From contig JANJSZ010000042.1 in the NCBI GenBank assembly GCA_024711405.1, forward strand, positions 1-60,946: 60,946 nt of DNA, in the 5' to 3' direction. A program made the translations under genes and the position numbers. The notes under the pieces are model-generated. The model saw nothing but the letters and a program-made list of their open reading frames with translations. It was not told where the DNA came from and did no database searches. This document shows, piece by piece, positions 10,201 through 19,268 of the stretch; the stretch's first letter is position 1, and each line of letters opens with the position of its first letter. Source of the stretch: Acidovorax sp. (GTDB lineage: Bacteria; Pseudomonadota; Gammaproteobacteria; Burkholderiales; Burkholderiaceae_C).

Positions 10201-10429
10201 GATCGAGCAGCATGGCTTCGGCGGCGGCGCCGTGGTTCTTGCTCAAAGCCTCCCAGGCTTGCGGCTGGGTGGCCTGCACCCAGGCCAGCAGGTCAGCGGG
10301 GTACAGGGCGCGGGGGGTGTCGTAGCCGCTGGCATCGCCCTCGGTGCCGGGTGCGCCGTAGAGCCAGCCCTGCGCTGCCAGGTGGTTGCAGATGTCGGTC
10401 TCGAACGCGATTTCGTTGTGCAAGCTCAT
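7265..10429 (-). CDS. hsdR: Type I restriction enzyme subunit R
   Basis: DLVLFLNGIPVATAEIK (PD-(D/E)xK), HSAGSGKT (Walker A), DEAH, FTATP, KFQTGFDQP, QTLSRLNR; likely start MSLHNE at 10429. Confidence 0.97.
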   Translation of the reverse strand: MSLHNEIAFETDICNHLAAQGWLYGAPGTEGDASGYDTPRALYPADLLAWVQATQPQAWEALSKNHGAAAEAMLLDRLRKALDDRGTLEVLRVGIDMLGLKSPLKLAQFKPALAMNPDLQARYAANRLRVVRQCRTGHDDVIDLVLFLNGIPVATAEIKTDFTQDMNAAVDQYRFDRIPKPKGKPFAEPLLDFPRGALVHFAVSNRTVMMATRLLGPATRFLPFNQGDHGGAGNPPNPAGHRTAYLWEQVWQRDSWLEIIGRYLVTQRDSKKKVTGFIFPRYHQLDATRKLQAAVLAEGAGHKYLIQHSAGSGKTNSIAWTAHFLADLHDAHNHKLFDSVLVVSDRNVLDAQLQEAIFDFERTKGVVATIKGDAGSKSGELAEALGGGKKIVVCTIQTFPFALKAVQELAATQGKRFAVIADEAHSSQTGEAASKLKQLLSAEELKDLADGGEVGTEDLLAAQMAARASNGRADTGITYVAFTATPKAKTLELFGRRPQPDQPAGPGNLPAPFHIYSMRQAIEEGFILDVLKNYTPYKLAFKLANNGKEWDEKEVERNEAMKGLMRWVRLHPYNISQKVAVVVEHFRENVQPLLDGHAKAMVVVGSRQEAVRWQLAIQNYIQDNGYPLGALVAFSGEVNDPQSLPDPVSENSTALNPNLKGRDMREAFATDEYQILLVANKFQTGFDQPLLCGMYVDKRLGGIQAVQTLSRLNRAYSGPFGLKDTTYILDFVNEPDDVLAAFKTYYETAELAGVTDPHLVYDLRAKLDASGHYDEFEVERVVLAELNPKATQALLVAAIEPVADRLLKRYMAARQNLQDAEASAIPDGPAAQAAKDELAALTLFKRDLGTFVRVYAFLGQVFDYGNTAIEKRAIFFKRLLPLLDFGREREGVDLSKVVLTHHRLKEQGQRSLALHDTDGDYKLQPLTDTGAGAVQDKMKVLLSEIVAKVNDLFDGELSDDDRLVYVNHVKGKLLESDILVQQASNNSKGQFDNSPDLDSALTDAIIDAFDAYTTMSKQALDSERVRSGLKAILLGPAQLYEVLRERGGNRFNAQ

Positions 10430-11043
10430 GGGCTGCAGGTTCCTTCCGATGCTGTTTGTCTCATGGGGACACCGTGACTGCACTCCATGCCTGGCCTTGG
10501 ATTCAGCGGGGGGCAGGTGAGCTTCAATGCCTTGCGATGCCGCGCCATCCTTTTGCGGGCAGCGGGCAGCTCCCCTTCCAATGCCGGTGCGCTCGCAATC
10601 CGACGTTCAATGGTGTGCATGTCGAGGAGCCCACTTTTCAGTCCAGCGAGCAGCCAACGCAGGTCGCGTTCTTCGCCGCGCATGTACTTGGAAACCGCCA
10701 CATCGTCAGGCTGCACAAAAAAAGCCTTCACGTCACCGAAATCCAGCGGAATCAACCTCTCCTGCCACCCCTCCGGGAACGAGGGCAGGCTGGGGGATAC
10801 CGGGTCCAGGTAATAACCGAATTCATCCTCGAACACAGAGCCCTGGCCCAGTGCCTGGGCCAGTTCGTAGGTGCGCTGGGGGTCGTTCTTCAGATAGGTA
10901 TCCACATCAATGGACATCACCATCGTGCGGGGTGGGTCGCTGACGGCGCCCAGGATGGAGAGCGAGCCAACGATCACGAAGTCTGTGTGGTGAACGATGG
11001 CTTTGGCCTGCGTCAGCAGTGCATGAAGCTGTTCGCGGTTCAA
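10426..11043 (-). CDS. Nucleotidyltransferase-like protein (DUF6036-like), putative toxin
   Basis: TTG start (LNREQL) overlapping the upstream stop; VIVGSLSI...SIDVD (GS...DxD NTase signature), LP..PEGW.ERL, SKY.RG.ERD. Confidence 0.75.
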   Translation of the reverse strand: MNREQLHALLTQAKAIVHHTDFVIVGSLSILGAVSDPPRTMVMSIDVDTYLKNDPQRTYELAQALGQGSVFEDEFGYYLDPVSPSLPSFPEGWQERLIPLDFGDVKAFFVQPDDVAVSKYMRGEERDLRWLLAGLKSGLLDMHTIERRIASAPALEGELPAARKRMARHRKALKLTCPPLNPRPGMECSHGVPMRQTASEGTCSP

Positions 11044-11354
11044 CGCAATTCCCGCAGCAAGAACGAAAAGGGCGTGTTCTGCATCATTCCCAGCGAGCGG
11101 CGCTCCGACGCTTCCAGCACTTTCTGCTTGTAAACAGCACTGTCGCCCGAGCTCACCACACCAGACCAAAACCGGATGTAGTAATCGCTGCACAGGCGGC
11201 CCTGTTTCCACAGCCCGATGCGCTGGCGCGCATGTTGCAGGATCTCATCCTTGCGGTCTGACTGCAGCTGCTCGTAGACATAGCGGTGCAAGGACCGCAG
11301 CGCTTCGTCCTGCGCTTGCTTGCCTTGGCGTGCTTGCATGTTGGGCGCTTGCAT
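11040..11354 (-). CDS. Small alpha-helical protein, putative antitoxin partner of the NTase
   Basis: 104 aa, RSLHR...ARQRI..W...YY...W...MMQNTPF pattern seen in small genes upstream of DUF6036-like NTases; TTGA coupling. Confidence 0.65.
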   Translation of the reverse strand: MQAPNMQARQGKQAQDEALRSLHRYVYEQLQSDRKDEILQHARQRIGLWKQGRLCSDYYIRFWSGVVSSGDSAVYKQKVLEASERRSLGMMQNTPFSFLLRELR

Positions 11355-11701
11355 GAAAAACCTTGGGTGAGGGACCGTCTGGAAATGAGATGACTGAATG
11401 GTAGCAGGAGGGCTGTCAGAGGGCGTTTGCGTGGAGGCGCCTTGCTGGACAGCGCCCGCAGAACTTGGCGTCGGCGTTGCGCCCGAACAATCGGGGGGAA
11501 TTTTCAGCGCCAGGGGATTTTTCTCAGAAATGCGGGGATGGGCGATTTATTTCTCAGTTTCCTGGCCGCCGGTTCACTACCCATCTGCCCATGCAAGGGC
11601 GCTATGGCGGTCCGTTCTGTTTGTTGCTCATAAGGCGACGATGGTTGCCTTGAAGGCTTCATGCGGCAAGGGGATAGGGTGGGTTTGAAGCAAAATTGGC
11701 C

Positions 11702-13072
11702 TCAAGCGCTTGCTGGATAAGCGCTGGCAGCTACTGAATCAGGAGCATTTGCGCTGCCCGCCAGCCCGCGCACGTCGATCTGGCCGGTGACGGCGGCGGA
11801 GATCAGGGCGGTGCGGCGTTCTTGGAGGAGGATGATGGCGGTGCGGGCTTCGTACATCAGGGTGTCGAGCTTGGCAGTTTCGCTATCGAGGTAAATCGCT
11901 ATGGTTGTTTGCTCAGTGAGTGGCGGCGACGGGTACTTAGTTTCTCCAAGGCGCTCTGTATTGAGTATTTTTAGGACATTCCCTGTCGCTGAATTTTCGA
12001 GCTCCACCCTGGCAGCACAGGTAGTGAAGTAGAAATAGCGAGGGTCCCCCAAGAAGGTTGCAGCGGTGATTTGCTGGTTGGTCGAAACGTTCTCATCAAC
12101 GATTCCCACTTTACCGATGGTTCCGATGCAACAAATAAGGCTCGCTCCCGCTGGAATCAATCGGGCCAGTGCTTTGCCCTTTTCTGATAAAAATTTCGAT
12201 GCTTTTGTGATGGCACCACTTTCATCAATGTCCTCTGGTCTGACCCACGGGAAGCCATTTTCTTCGTAGTTTTCGTGTTCATCTGTGGGAGGCGTCATCC
12301 CTGTTGTCAGTCTCGCCAAATGCTTTAGCTGTCTGACCTCCCAATGCCCCGGCACTTCCCCCAGCCACTCCACGCCCGAGTCCTTCATAGTCACGTTCGG
12401 GTCCAGCCCCTTGGTCACGGCGTGGGAGATGACGGCCTGGCGCTTTTCCTGCAGCAGGGCGATCAGCTTTTCCTGTTCGGCCACCAGCGCGTCGATCTTG
12501 GCGGTTTCGCGGTCGAGGAAGGTGGCGATGGTGGTTTGTTCTTCAGTTGGAAATGCGAATCGGACTTGCCCGAGAGTGCTGCGGCTGATGCGCTGCATGG
12601 TGGTGCCGCGAGCCAAAATCTCCATGTTTGCAAAGTGCGATGCACTTGAAAGCATGTAGGCAAGATATGCCCGGGAATAACCGCTATCCGGGCGGGTGAT
12701 CACGTTATCCACTGAAGTGATGATTCGTTCACCCAGATCAGGCACAACACAAGCGCGGCCTATCGGCAGGTTGAGACGCGAGATCAATACATCGCCGGGT
12801 AGCACTTCTGTGCATCGCAGTTCGTCAAACTTGGCCTGACTGATGTATCCGCTGCCTTGTTCCTTGTATCTGCCTTCGCCAACATTGCCGGTCGTGATGT
12901 ACCTAATGCCGTCATCCGCCAAGTCCTTGCTCTCGACCCAGTCCCCATCGATGAAAAGTGAGCCTGGCCCCAGGGCTATCTTGGCCAATGGCATGACAGT
13001 CCAATGGCTCGGAATAGTTCCAAGCCAATCCTGACCACTGTCCTTGTACTCCGGGTATCGCGGAAAGCTCAT
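11702..13072 (-). CDS. hsdS: Type I RM specificity subunit
   Basis: Conserved repeats DSG.(D/E)WLG.(I/V)P.HW and EQTTIA..LD.ETAK.D flanking two lower-GC target-recognition domains. Confidence 0.95.
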   Translation of the reverse strand: MSFPRYPEYKDSGQDWLGTIPSHWTVMPLAKIALGPGSLFIDGDWVESKDLADDGIRYITTGNVGEGRYKEQGSGYISQAKFDELRCTEVLPGDVLISRLNLPIGRACVVPDLGERIITSVDNVITRPDSGYSRAYLAYMLSSASHFANMEILARGTTMQRISRSTLGQVRFAFPTEEQTTIATFLDRETAKIDALVAEQEKLIALLQEKRQAVISHAVTKGLDPNVTMKDSGVEWLGEVPGHWEVRQLKHLARLTTGMTPPTDEHENYEENGFPWVRPEDIDESGAITKASKFLSEKGKALARLIPAGASLICCIGTIGKVGIVDENVSTNQQITAATFLGDPRYFYFTTCAARVELENSATGNVLKILNTERLGETKYPSPPLTEQTTIAIYLDSETAKLDTLMYEARTAIILLQERRTALISAAVTGQIDVRGLAGSANAPDSVAASAYPASA

Positions 13073-14814
13073 GCCGACAGCCCCTTGATCATGTCCAGGA
13101 TGCGGTCGGTGGTCTGCTTCAGTTCTGCATCAATCTCGGCCAGCGGGCGCGGGGGCTTGAAGACGTAGAAATGCCGGTTGAACGGGATTTCGTAGCCCAC
13201 CTTGGTTTTTTCGGGGTCGATCCAGGCGTCGGGGGCGTGGGGCAGCACTTCGCGCCGGAAGTATTCGCCCACGTCTTCGGTGTAGGGCACGTTTTCGGTG
13301 TCGCGCAGGCTGGCGTCGGGCTGGGGCTTGCCCTTTTGCTTGCCCTTGACGCCCAGTACCACGTTGCCCGCTTCATCGCGCAGCGGGCGCTCGACGGTGA
13401 TGGCGTGGTAGCCAAAGGCTTCGTTGTCGAAGATGCGGCTGATGGGGGTGCCGTCGTCGTCGTGCGCCTCGGCAAAGTCGCCAAACAGGCGGGTGATGCG
13501 CTCGATGTGGGCATCGCTCAGTTCCTTGCGCTTGCTGCCCAGGCTCTTGCGCATCTTCTGCCACATGCCGCTGGCGTCGATCAACTGCACCTTCCCCTTG
13601 CGCGCCTCGGGCTTGCGGTTGCTGATGATCCAGACGTAGGTGCTGATGCCGGTGTTGTAGAACATGTCGGTGGGCAGGCCCACGATGGTTTCACACAGAT
13701 CGTTCTCCAGCACGTAGCGGCGGATTTCGCTCTCGCCACTGCCCGCGCCGCCCGTGAACAGCGGCGAGCCGTTGAGCACGATGCCGAAGCGGCTGCCGCC
13801 CTCTGATGTGGGGCGCATCTTGCTGAGCAGGTGCAGCAAAAACAGCATGGAGCCATCGGACACGCGGGGCAGGCCGGGGCCGAAGCGGCCGTTGTAGCCC
13901 TGGCTTTCGTGCTCTTTGCGCACTTCCTTCTCGACCTTCTTCCACTCCACGCCAAAGGGCGGGTTGGACAGCATGTAGTCGAATTTCTTGTTGCCATGGC
14001 CGTCGTCGCTGAGGGTGTTGCCAAAAGCGATGTTGCCCACGTCCTGGCCCTTGATCAGCATGTCGGCCTTGCAGATGGCGTAGGACTCGGGGTTGAGCTC
14101 CTGGCCAAAGACGGTGAGGCGCGCCTGGGGGTTGTGCTCGGCCAGGTATTCGCCCGCCACGCTGAGCATGCCGCCGGTGCCTGCTGTGGGGTCGTAAATG
14201 GTGCGCACCACGCCGGGCTTGCTGAGGATGGCGTCGTCTTCAATGAAGATGAGGTTGACCATGAGCCGGATGACTTCACGCGGGGTGAAGTGCTCCCCGG
14301 CGGTCTCGTTGCTGATTTCAGCGAACTTGCGGATCAGCTCTTCAAACACCAGGCCCATCTGCATGTTGCTGACCACCTCGGGGTGCAGGTCGATCTGGGC
14401 GAACTTTTCAGCCACCTGGTACAGCAGCCCGGCCTTGGCCAGGCGCTCGACCTGGGTGTGGAATTCAAAGCGCTCGAACACATCGCGCACCGCGGGCGAG
14501 AACGCCTGCACGTAGCTGAACAGGTTCTGCGCGATGTGGTCCGGGTCGCCCCGCAGCTTTTGGAGGTCGAGCGTGGAGGTGTTGTAGAAGCTCTGGCCCG
14601 CCTTGCGCAGCAGGAAGGGCTCGGGGTTGACGCCCTGTGCCTGCTTGGCGACCAGCTCGGTCAACACGGCGGGCTTGGTCGATTCGAGCACGCAGTCGAG
14701 GCGGCGCAGCACGGTGAAGGGCAGGATGACCTTGCCGTAGTCGGATTGCTTGTAGTCGCCGCGCAGCAGGTCGGCCACGGACCAGATGAAGGCGGAGAGG
14801 GTTTGTTGGTTCAT
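13069..14814 (-). CDS. hsdM: Type I RM N6-adenine methyltransferase subunit
   Basis: [19 protein letters not shown] (SAM binding), NPPF catalytic motif. Confidence 0.97.
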   Translation of the reverse strand: MNQQTLSAFIWSVADLLRGDYKQSDYGKVILPFTVLRRLDCVLESTKPAVLTELVAKQAQGVNPEPFLLRKAGQSFYNTSTLDLQKLRGDPDHIAQNLFSYVQAFSPAVRDVFERFEFHTQVERLAKAGLLYQVAEKFAQIDLHPEVVSNMQMGLVFEELIRKFAEISNETAGEHFTPREVIRLMVNLIFIEDDAILSKPGVVRTIYDPTAGTGGMLSVAGEYLAEHNPQARLTVFGQELNPESYAICKADMLIKGQDVGNIAFGNTLSDDGHGNKKFDYMLSNPPFGVEWKKVEKEVRKEHESQGYNGRFGPGLPRVSDGSMLFLLHLLSKMRPTSEGGSRFGIVLNGSPLFTGGAGSGESEIRRYVLENDLCETIVGLPTDMFYNTGISTYVWIISNRKPEARKGKVQLIDASGMWQKMRKSLGSKRKELSDAHIERITRLFGDFAEAHDDDGTPISRIFDNEAFGYHAITVERPLRDEAGNVVLGVKGKQKGKPQPDASLRDTENVPYTEDVGEYFRREVLPHAPDAWIDPEKTKVGYEIPFNRHFYVFKPPRPLAEIDAELKQTTDRILDMIKGLSA

Positions 14815-14875
14815 TGATGGTGGTTATACGCAGATCTCTGAGGCAACTTCGTGTTGTGCCGCAGGGGACGGGTTG

Positions 14876-15109
14876 TCATTCTTGGTCCGACGTACTGTCT
14901 GGGACGTATTCGAACAATTCACCTACCGGAACGCTGAAGTAGCCACACAAGGTGTTGATCGCATCCAGATCAACTCGTGTAGCCGTCTCCTGGTAGAGCA
15001 GCGTGATGGTGTTCCTATGGAGACCAGTGTCCCGCGCAAGGTCGCTGATCTTGAGCTTTCGTTCTCCCATAAGCCTGGACAGGTGACACTTGATCAAGAC
15101 ATTCTCCAT
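14876..15109 (-). CDS. XRE/Cro-type HTH regulator (start ATG 15109 or TTG 15097)
   Basis: IKCHLSRLMGERKLKISDLARDTGLHRNTITLLY...LC.YF...VGELFEY; leads the hsdMSR direction, divergent from int. Confidence 0.85.
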   Translation of the reverse strand: MENVLIKCHLSRLMGERKLKISDLARDTGLHRNTITLLYQETATRVDLDAINTLCGYFSVPVGELFEYVPDSTSDQE

Positions 15110-15130
15110 GTAGAAATATCGCTCAGAACG

Positions 15131-15210
15131 ACAAAAAGTCATTGACAAGGGTGATTTCGCGCTCATAATGCCATCCAGGATGACAAAAAAACGCAGTGCG
15201 TGACTTTTTT
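15131..15210 (+). promoter_or_regulatory. Sigma70-like promoter for the excisionase-integrase operon, bracketed by an inverted repeat
   Basis: TTGACA 15142-15147, 16 bp, CATAAT 15164-15169; AAAAAGTCA (15133-15141) and TGACTTTTT (15201-15209) are inverted copies. Confidence 0.55.
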
Positions 15211-15245
15211 GAATCCTGATTGTCCACCATTGCAAGGAGAGAGAA

Positions 15246-15485
15246 ATGACATCGTGTACCTATCTGACCACTGACGAGTTGTCAGACCGCATCAAGTACG
15301 ACGCACGGACCATCCGGGACAGGCTCAAGGACAGCGTCCTACTTGAGGGTCGGCATTACATCCGCCCTTTCGGTGGACGCAAAACTCTCTATATCTGGGA
15401 GCACATCGAAACAGACATGACTCAGTATTCGGCCGTATGTGCAGAGGGCATACCGCTGGCCAATGGAGGTGTGATTCATGGGTAG
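15246..15485 (+). CDS. Excisionase/recombination-directionality-factor-like small DNA-binding protein
   Basis: YLTTDELSDRIKYDARTIR winged-HTH pattern; overlaps the integrase start. Confidence 0.7.
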   Translation: MTSCTYLTTDELSDRIKYDARTIRDRLKDSVLLEGRHYIRPFGGRKTLYIWEHIETDMTQYSAVCAEGIPLANGGVIHG

Positions 15486-16749
15486 TATCCGCCGCCTGGA
15501 AAGTAAAGGGACGCTGTTCCTGGACTTCCGATATGCGGGGCAGCGGCTGCGGGAATACACCACGTTGCCCGACACCTCAGCCAACCGCAAGCGCTTACTG
15601 AAGGTGCTGGAGCGCATCGAAGGAGAAATCGCCCTGGGCGCCTTCGATTACCAAAAAACCTTCGGCAAACCCTTGCCTGCCGTGGAGACAGACCCCCCGC
15701 AGGAGCCCATGCTTGCCGGGCCTGCACCAGGCGCGTTGAAGCAGCCTCCCAGCACAACCCCGCTGTTTAGCGACTTCGCCGAGGTGTGGTTCGTAGAGGC
15801 CGAGGTGACATGGCGGCGCAGCTACAGCATCACGCAACGCGGTGCACTGGACAAATACCTGATCCCCTTTTTCGGGGACAAGGAGGTCGGCCAGATCACC
15901 AAGGCAGACGTACTGGCATTTCGGGCTTCACTCGCCAAAGTTCCCGCCCGAAAGTCCAGCAACACCCTATCCAACCGACGCATCAACTCCATCATGAAGC
16001 CTTTGCGACAGATCCTTAACGAAGCGGCCGACCGGTTCGAGTTTACGTCCGCCTTCCGCAATATCAAACCCTTGAAGATGAAGCGCAGCGATGTCATGCC
16101 CTTCACGCTGGAGGACGTGCAGCGCATCCTGTCCACCGCGAGGGCGGACTATCGCAACTACTTCACCGTGCGCTTTTTCACAGGAATGCGAACCGGAGAG
16201 GTGCATGGTCTCAAATGGAAGTACATCGATTTCGAGCGTCGGCTCATCCTGGTGCGTGAAACGATCGTGCTCAACGAGGAAGACGAGCTCAAGACGGATG
16301 GCAGCATGCGCGACATCCAGATGAACGAGATGGTGTTCGATGCCCTGCAGGCGCAGTTCAAGACTCGGCACCCTGACTCGGAGTATGTATTCAGCTTGCG
16401 CAGTGGCAAGCCCATTGATAACCAGAACTTCCTCAACCGGGTCTGGGCGCCGCTGCTACGTCACCTGGGGTTGGAGCACCGCAGGGCCTACCAGATGCGG
16501 CATACGGCGGCAACGCTGTGGCTTGCTGCCGGGGAAGCGCCGGAATGGATTGCGCGACAGTTGGGTCACACCAGCACCGAAATGCTGTTCCGTGTCTACA
16601 GCCGGTATGTGCCCAACCTGACGCGCCGGGACGGCTCTGCCATGGAGCGCTTGCTCAAGCAGCACATCTCGTTAGCGTCCGTCACGGGGAACGTGACCCC
16701 CGTGATCCTGGCGCTTGAGGCTTCACCGGCAGTGGCAACCACTACCTAA
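15478..16749 (+). CDS. Site-specific integrase (tyrosine recombinase with DUF3596-like arm-binding N-terminus)
   Basis: LFLDFRY.GQR.RE N-terminus; FFTGMRTGE (R), LKT (K), YQMRHT, QLGH, RVYSRY. Confidence 0.95.
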   Translation: MGSIRRLESKGTLFLDFRYAGQRLREYTTLPDTSANRKRLLKVLERIEGEIALGAFDYQKTFGKPLPAVETDPPQEPMLAGPAPGALKQPPSTTPLFSDFAEVWFVEAEVTWRRSYSITQRGALDKYLIPFFGDKEVGQITKADVLAFRASLAKVPARKSSNTLSNRRINSIMKPLRQILNEAADRFEFTSAFRNIKPLKMKRSDVMPFTLEDVQRILSTARADYRNYFTVRFFTGMRTGEVHGLKWKYIDFERRLILVRETIVLNEEDELKTDGSMRDIQMNEMVFDALQAQFKTRHPDSEYVFSLRSGKPIDNQNFLNRVWAPLLRHLGLEHRRAYQMRHTAATLWLAAGEAPEWIARQLGHTSTEMLFRVYSRYVPNLTRRDGSAMERLLKQHISLASVTGNVTPVILALEASPAVATTT

Positions 16750-16871
16750 CCACATCGCTTTTTTGAACCTACGCCAAGTGCCCGACGCGCAGGGCAGGGC
16801 GGAGCCTTGCCTGCGCCCACCCTGTAAGCCCGATTGGCCGAATCTGCACTTCGAGTGCCAAGGAGTTTCAT

Positions 16872-17489
16872 ATGACCGCATCACTTCACTTGCATCGAAA
16901 CCGTAACCGCATCTCCCTCCGCACGCTCATGTCGGAGCGCGTGCAGCAACATGACTGTGACGTGATCACGCAATATCGCGACGAGATCTACGCTCGTATG
17001 CCCGATGCTGCACAGGGCGCGCTGAACGCATTCATTCGCAATCTTTTTGGCGATGATGGCCTGGTGCGTGCCTATCTTCATCCCGTGGCAACTCCTGCGG
17101 GAGAGCCGGCGACCATGCCTCTGGACCTTTGCGAACGCGCCGCAAACCAAGCGAGCCGTTACCCGAGACTGTTGCACCGCCACGAAAGAGAGTTGGCAGC
17201 AGTCGCCGCCTTTGTGCAATCCTGTGGCTACTATTGGTGTGCCTACCAACAAGTCCTGGGGCGGCCTGCTGCCCAGAATGCCGAAACCATGCGCTTCTAT
17301 CGCAGCCGCATAGCCTCGGCACACAAAGCGTTACTGGAAGAGCCCCTCAGGCAACTGCGACGCTGCCACGCGGATCTGGGATACACACTTGCTCAAGTGC
17401 TGGGGATGGAACATGACGACACGGCTGACCCGCAGCAGGTAGCGCGTATACAGGCTGCGCTTGGCAGTGTGATGATGCAGATGCCTTAG
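16872..17489 (+). CDS. Hypothetical protein, degenerate HD-domain/MobI-like
   Basis: Good RBS (AAGGAG); ERELAAVAAFVQSCG resembles the E..LA.VAAL.HD.GK core of HD proteins with HD replaced by QS. Confidence 0.5.
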   Translation: MTASLHLHRNRNRISLRTLMSERVQQHDCDVITQYRDEIYARMPDAAQGALNAFIRNLFGDDGLVRAYLHPVATPAGEPATMPLDLCERAANQASRYPRLLHRHERELAAVAAFVQSCGYYWCAYQQVLGRPAAQNAETMRFYRSRIASAHKALLEEPLRQLRRCHADLGYTLAQVLGMEHDDTADPQQVARIQAALGSVMMQMP

Positions 17490-17510
17490 CTATCAATCAA
17501 GGTGCACAAA

Positions 17511-17765
17511 ATGAGAGTTCATGAATTGATGTCGACACCGTTCGTCGCGGAACTCATTTGCGACCGCTGTGGAACGCAGGCGCGACACGATGAGGGCGAT
17601 GGCCTGAACAACTTCCTGCAGCTGGGGTTCGACGCGGGCTGGGGATCGCCCCTGGGCGATGGAACGCGGGTGGATATCGATCTTTGCCACAGTTGTTTGA
17701 AGGAAACACTGGGTCCCTGGCTGCGCCTGTCGACGTCTGCCTGGGCCTTAGCACCCAAGGGTTGA
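17511..17765 (+). CDS. Small putative Zn-binding protein
   Basis: CDRC ... DLCHSC pair; same strand and closely spaced with neighbours. Confidence 0.65.
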   Translation: MRVHELMSTPFVAELICDRCGTQARHDEGDGLNNFLQLGFDAGWGSPLGDGTRVDIDLCHSCLKETLGPWLRLSTSAWALAPKG

Positions 17766-17778
17766 CCAAGGAATCCAC

Positions 17779-18453
17779 ATGAGAAATCCGCATTATGAGT
17801 ATTTGGGTAGGCGCATGCGTGAGTATCACCGCATGCAACAGTGGCGTCTTTCAGATGGCGGTCTGTTCATCCCGCACGCCTACTGGAACATGGGGCCTGA
17901 AAGTCTGTCGTATTGGGATGACGTGGGTTTCATCCTCAACGGGCGGCGCATCATCGTCTGGTGGCATCACCCTCGACACATCTATGGGGAGGCTATTTCT
18001 TCCATGGCTTGGGACGAGGCGGGTGACGGCCCACGGGATGACTGGCTCTTTGAGGGCGGGACCAAAGGCTACAAGATGGTTGGCAAGTCGAGCAAGCGGA
18101 AAAAACTGAGCAGCTTCACCAGCCGCGCACCTTCCGAGGCCCAGACACAGCACTACGCAAAGCTTCAGAAAATTGAAGAACGGCTGACCCGGGATGGGAT
18201 TGACTTGGAGGTTCGGCCCTCATGGAAATGGGAGCGTCTCAGTTGGGCGATGGGTGTCAGCCTTGTGGCACCGTTTGAAGTAAGAAATGAAAAGGAGCTG
18301 GCAGAAGTGGCGCACTTGGCCCGAGAACTCATCTTGCAGAAAACCACCTTGACCCAAGAGTTTCCGGACTTTGTATACGACAAAGCAAGCTGGCTGCGCG
18401 AGCGGGCCGTACTGGCTCCCGCCCACCACACTGCCCCTGAAGTGAAGGCCTGA
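17779..18453 (+). CDS. Hypothetical protein (Trp-rich)
   Basis: 224-aa ORF with RBS AAGGA; no family recognised. Confidence 0.7.
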   Translation: MRNPHYEYLGRRMREYHRMQQWRLSDGGLFIPHAYWNMGPESLSYWDDVGFILNGRRIIVWWHHPRHIYGEAISSMAWDEAGDGPRDDWLFEGGTKGYKMVGKSSKRKKLSSFTSRAPSEAQTQHYAKLQKIEERLTRDGIDLEVRPSWKWERLSWAMGVSLVAPFEVRNEKELAEVAHLARELILQKTTLTQEFPDFVYDKASWLRERAVLAPAHHTAPEVKA

Positions 18454-18514
18454 AGAGGCTTGAATGGACAGGGCAGTACCGGCTGTATGGCGAAGTAGTA
18501 CGCAAGGAATTGAT

Positions 18515-18886
18515 ATGACGATTGACCGTGCCAGCTATCCAGGCGTGCCGGATGATTTCCCGGTGACTGCGGTTCCCTCTGCCATTGGAGGCGCCCAGCC
18601 GAAGATGAGCCTCGTTGAGGAAGATGGAAAGTTCTATGCGCCAGGTACTTCGCCCTCAGAAGTCGTGGCAGCCTTTCAGATGTGTGACGACCTGGTCTCG
18701 CAGATGGTTCCGTACTGCCAGCGAAAGCTGCCCACCTTTGAAGGGGGCCAGGAAGCGACGGTGAAGACTGCGTTAAAAGGTCTTCTGGCCAAGCGATGGT
18801 GCACAGATGCGCAGTGCGTATGGATCATGCGCAGGGTTGCGCGAGAGCTGCAGTGGCCAGTGGACGAAAGCGCTTTGGGCGTCTGA
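18515..18886 (+). CDS. Hypothetical protein with a HipA-like S..GAQPK motif
   Basis: RBS AAGGA; PDDFP...SAIGGAQPK; no kinase catalytic motifs downstream. Confidence 0.6.
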   Translation: MTIDRASYPGVPDDFPVTAVPSAIGGAQPKMSLVEEDGKFYAPGTSPSEVVAAFQMCDDLVSQMVPYCQRKLPTFEGGQEATVKTALKGLLAKRWCTDAQCVWIMRRVARELQWPVDESALGV

Positions 18887-19268
18887 ACGCTTTGGCTCGT
18901 TACCCCGGCGCTGTTGATCGAAGACCATGTGTTGACGCAAGGTGCGCTTCGCGCTGGCACGCTCATGGGATTTACCGACGAAGTGCTCTCCAATGCCATT
19001 GGACTGTAGCTCAAGACGATTTTAAGGTTGGACGCAAGACTGCAGGATCTTTGTGCGGGCACTGCAAGTGGGCTCACTTGAAGTCGGCTGTGCAGCGGAG
19101 GACTAAACCGCTCGCGCGGTAGACCGCCGCGAAGGCCCTGACGCAAAGTACACATCGCGCCCCTGTCTATGTTGGCGAGTGAGGCAACCCATGCTGGTGC
19201 GCAGGCGTTGATCGGTATCGCATGAGATCTGCTTGGCAGTTCTCTACAAGATGAAAGGAATATGCGCC

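Noticed and set aside
8114-10477. Long plus-strand ORFs (455 and 323 aa) opposite hsdR
   Set aside because: Antisense shadows of a high-GC3 gene with no motifs; the same applies to 13831-14817.
11360-11700. Small plus-strand ORFs or an ncRNA between hsdS and the NTase cassette
   Set aside because: Only a weak hairpin and a short GATTT..TCTCAG direct repeat; not enough to call a gene or RNA.
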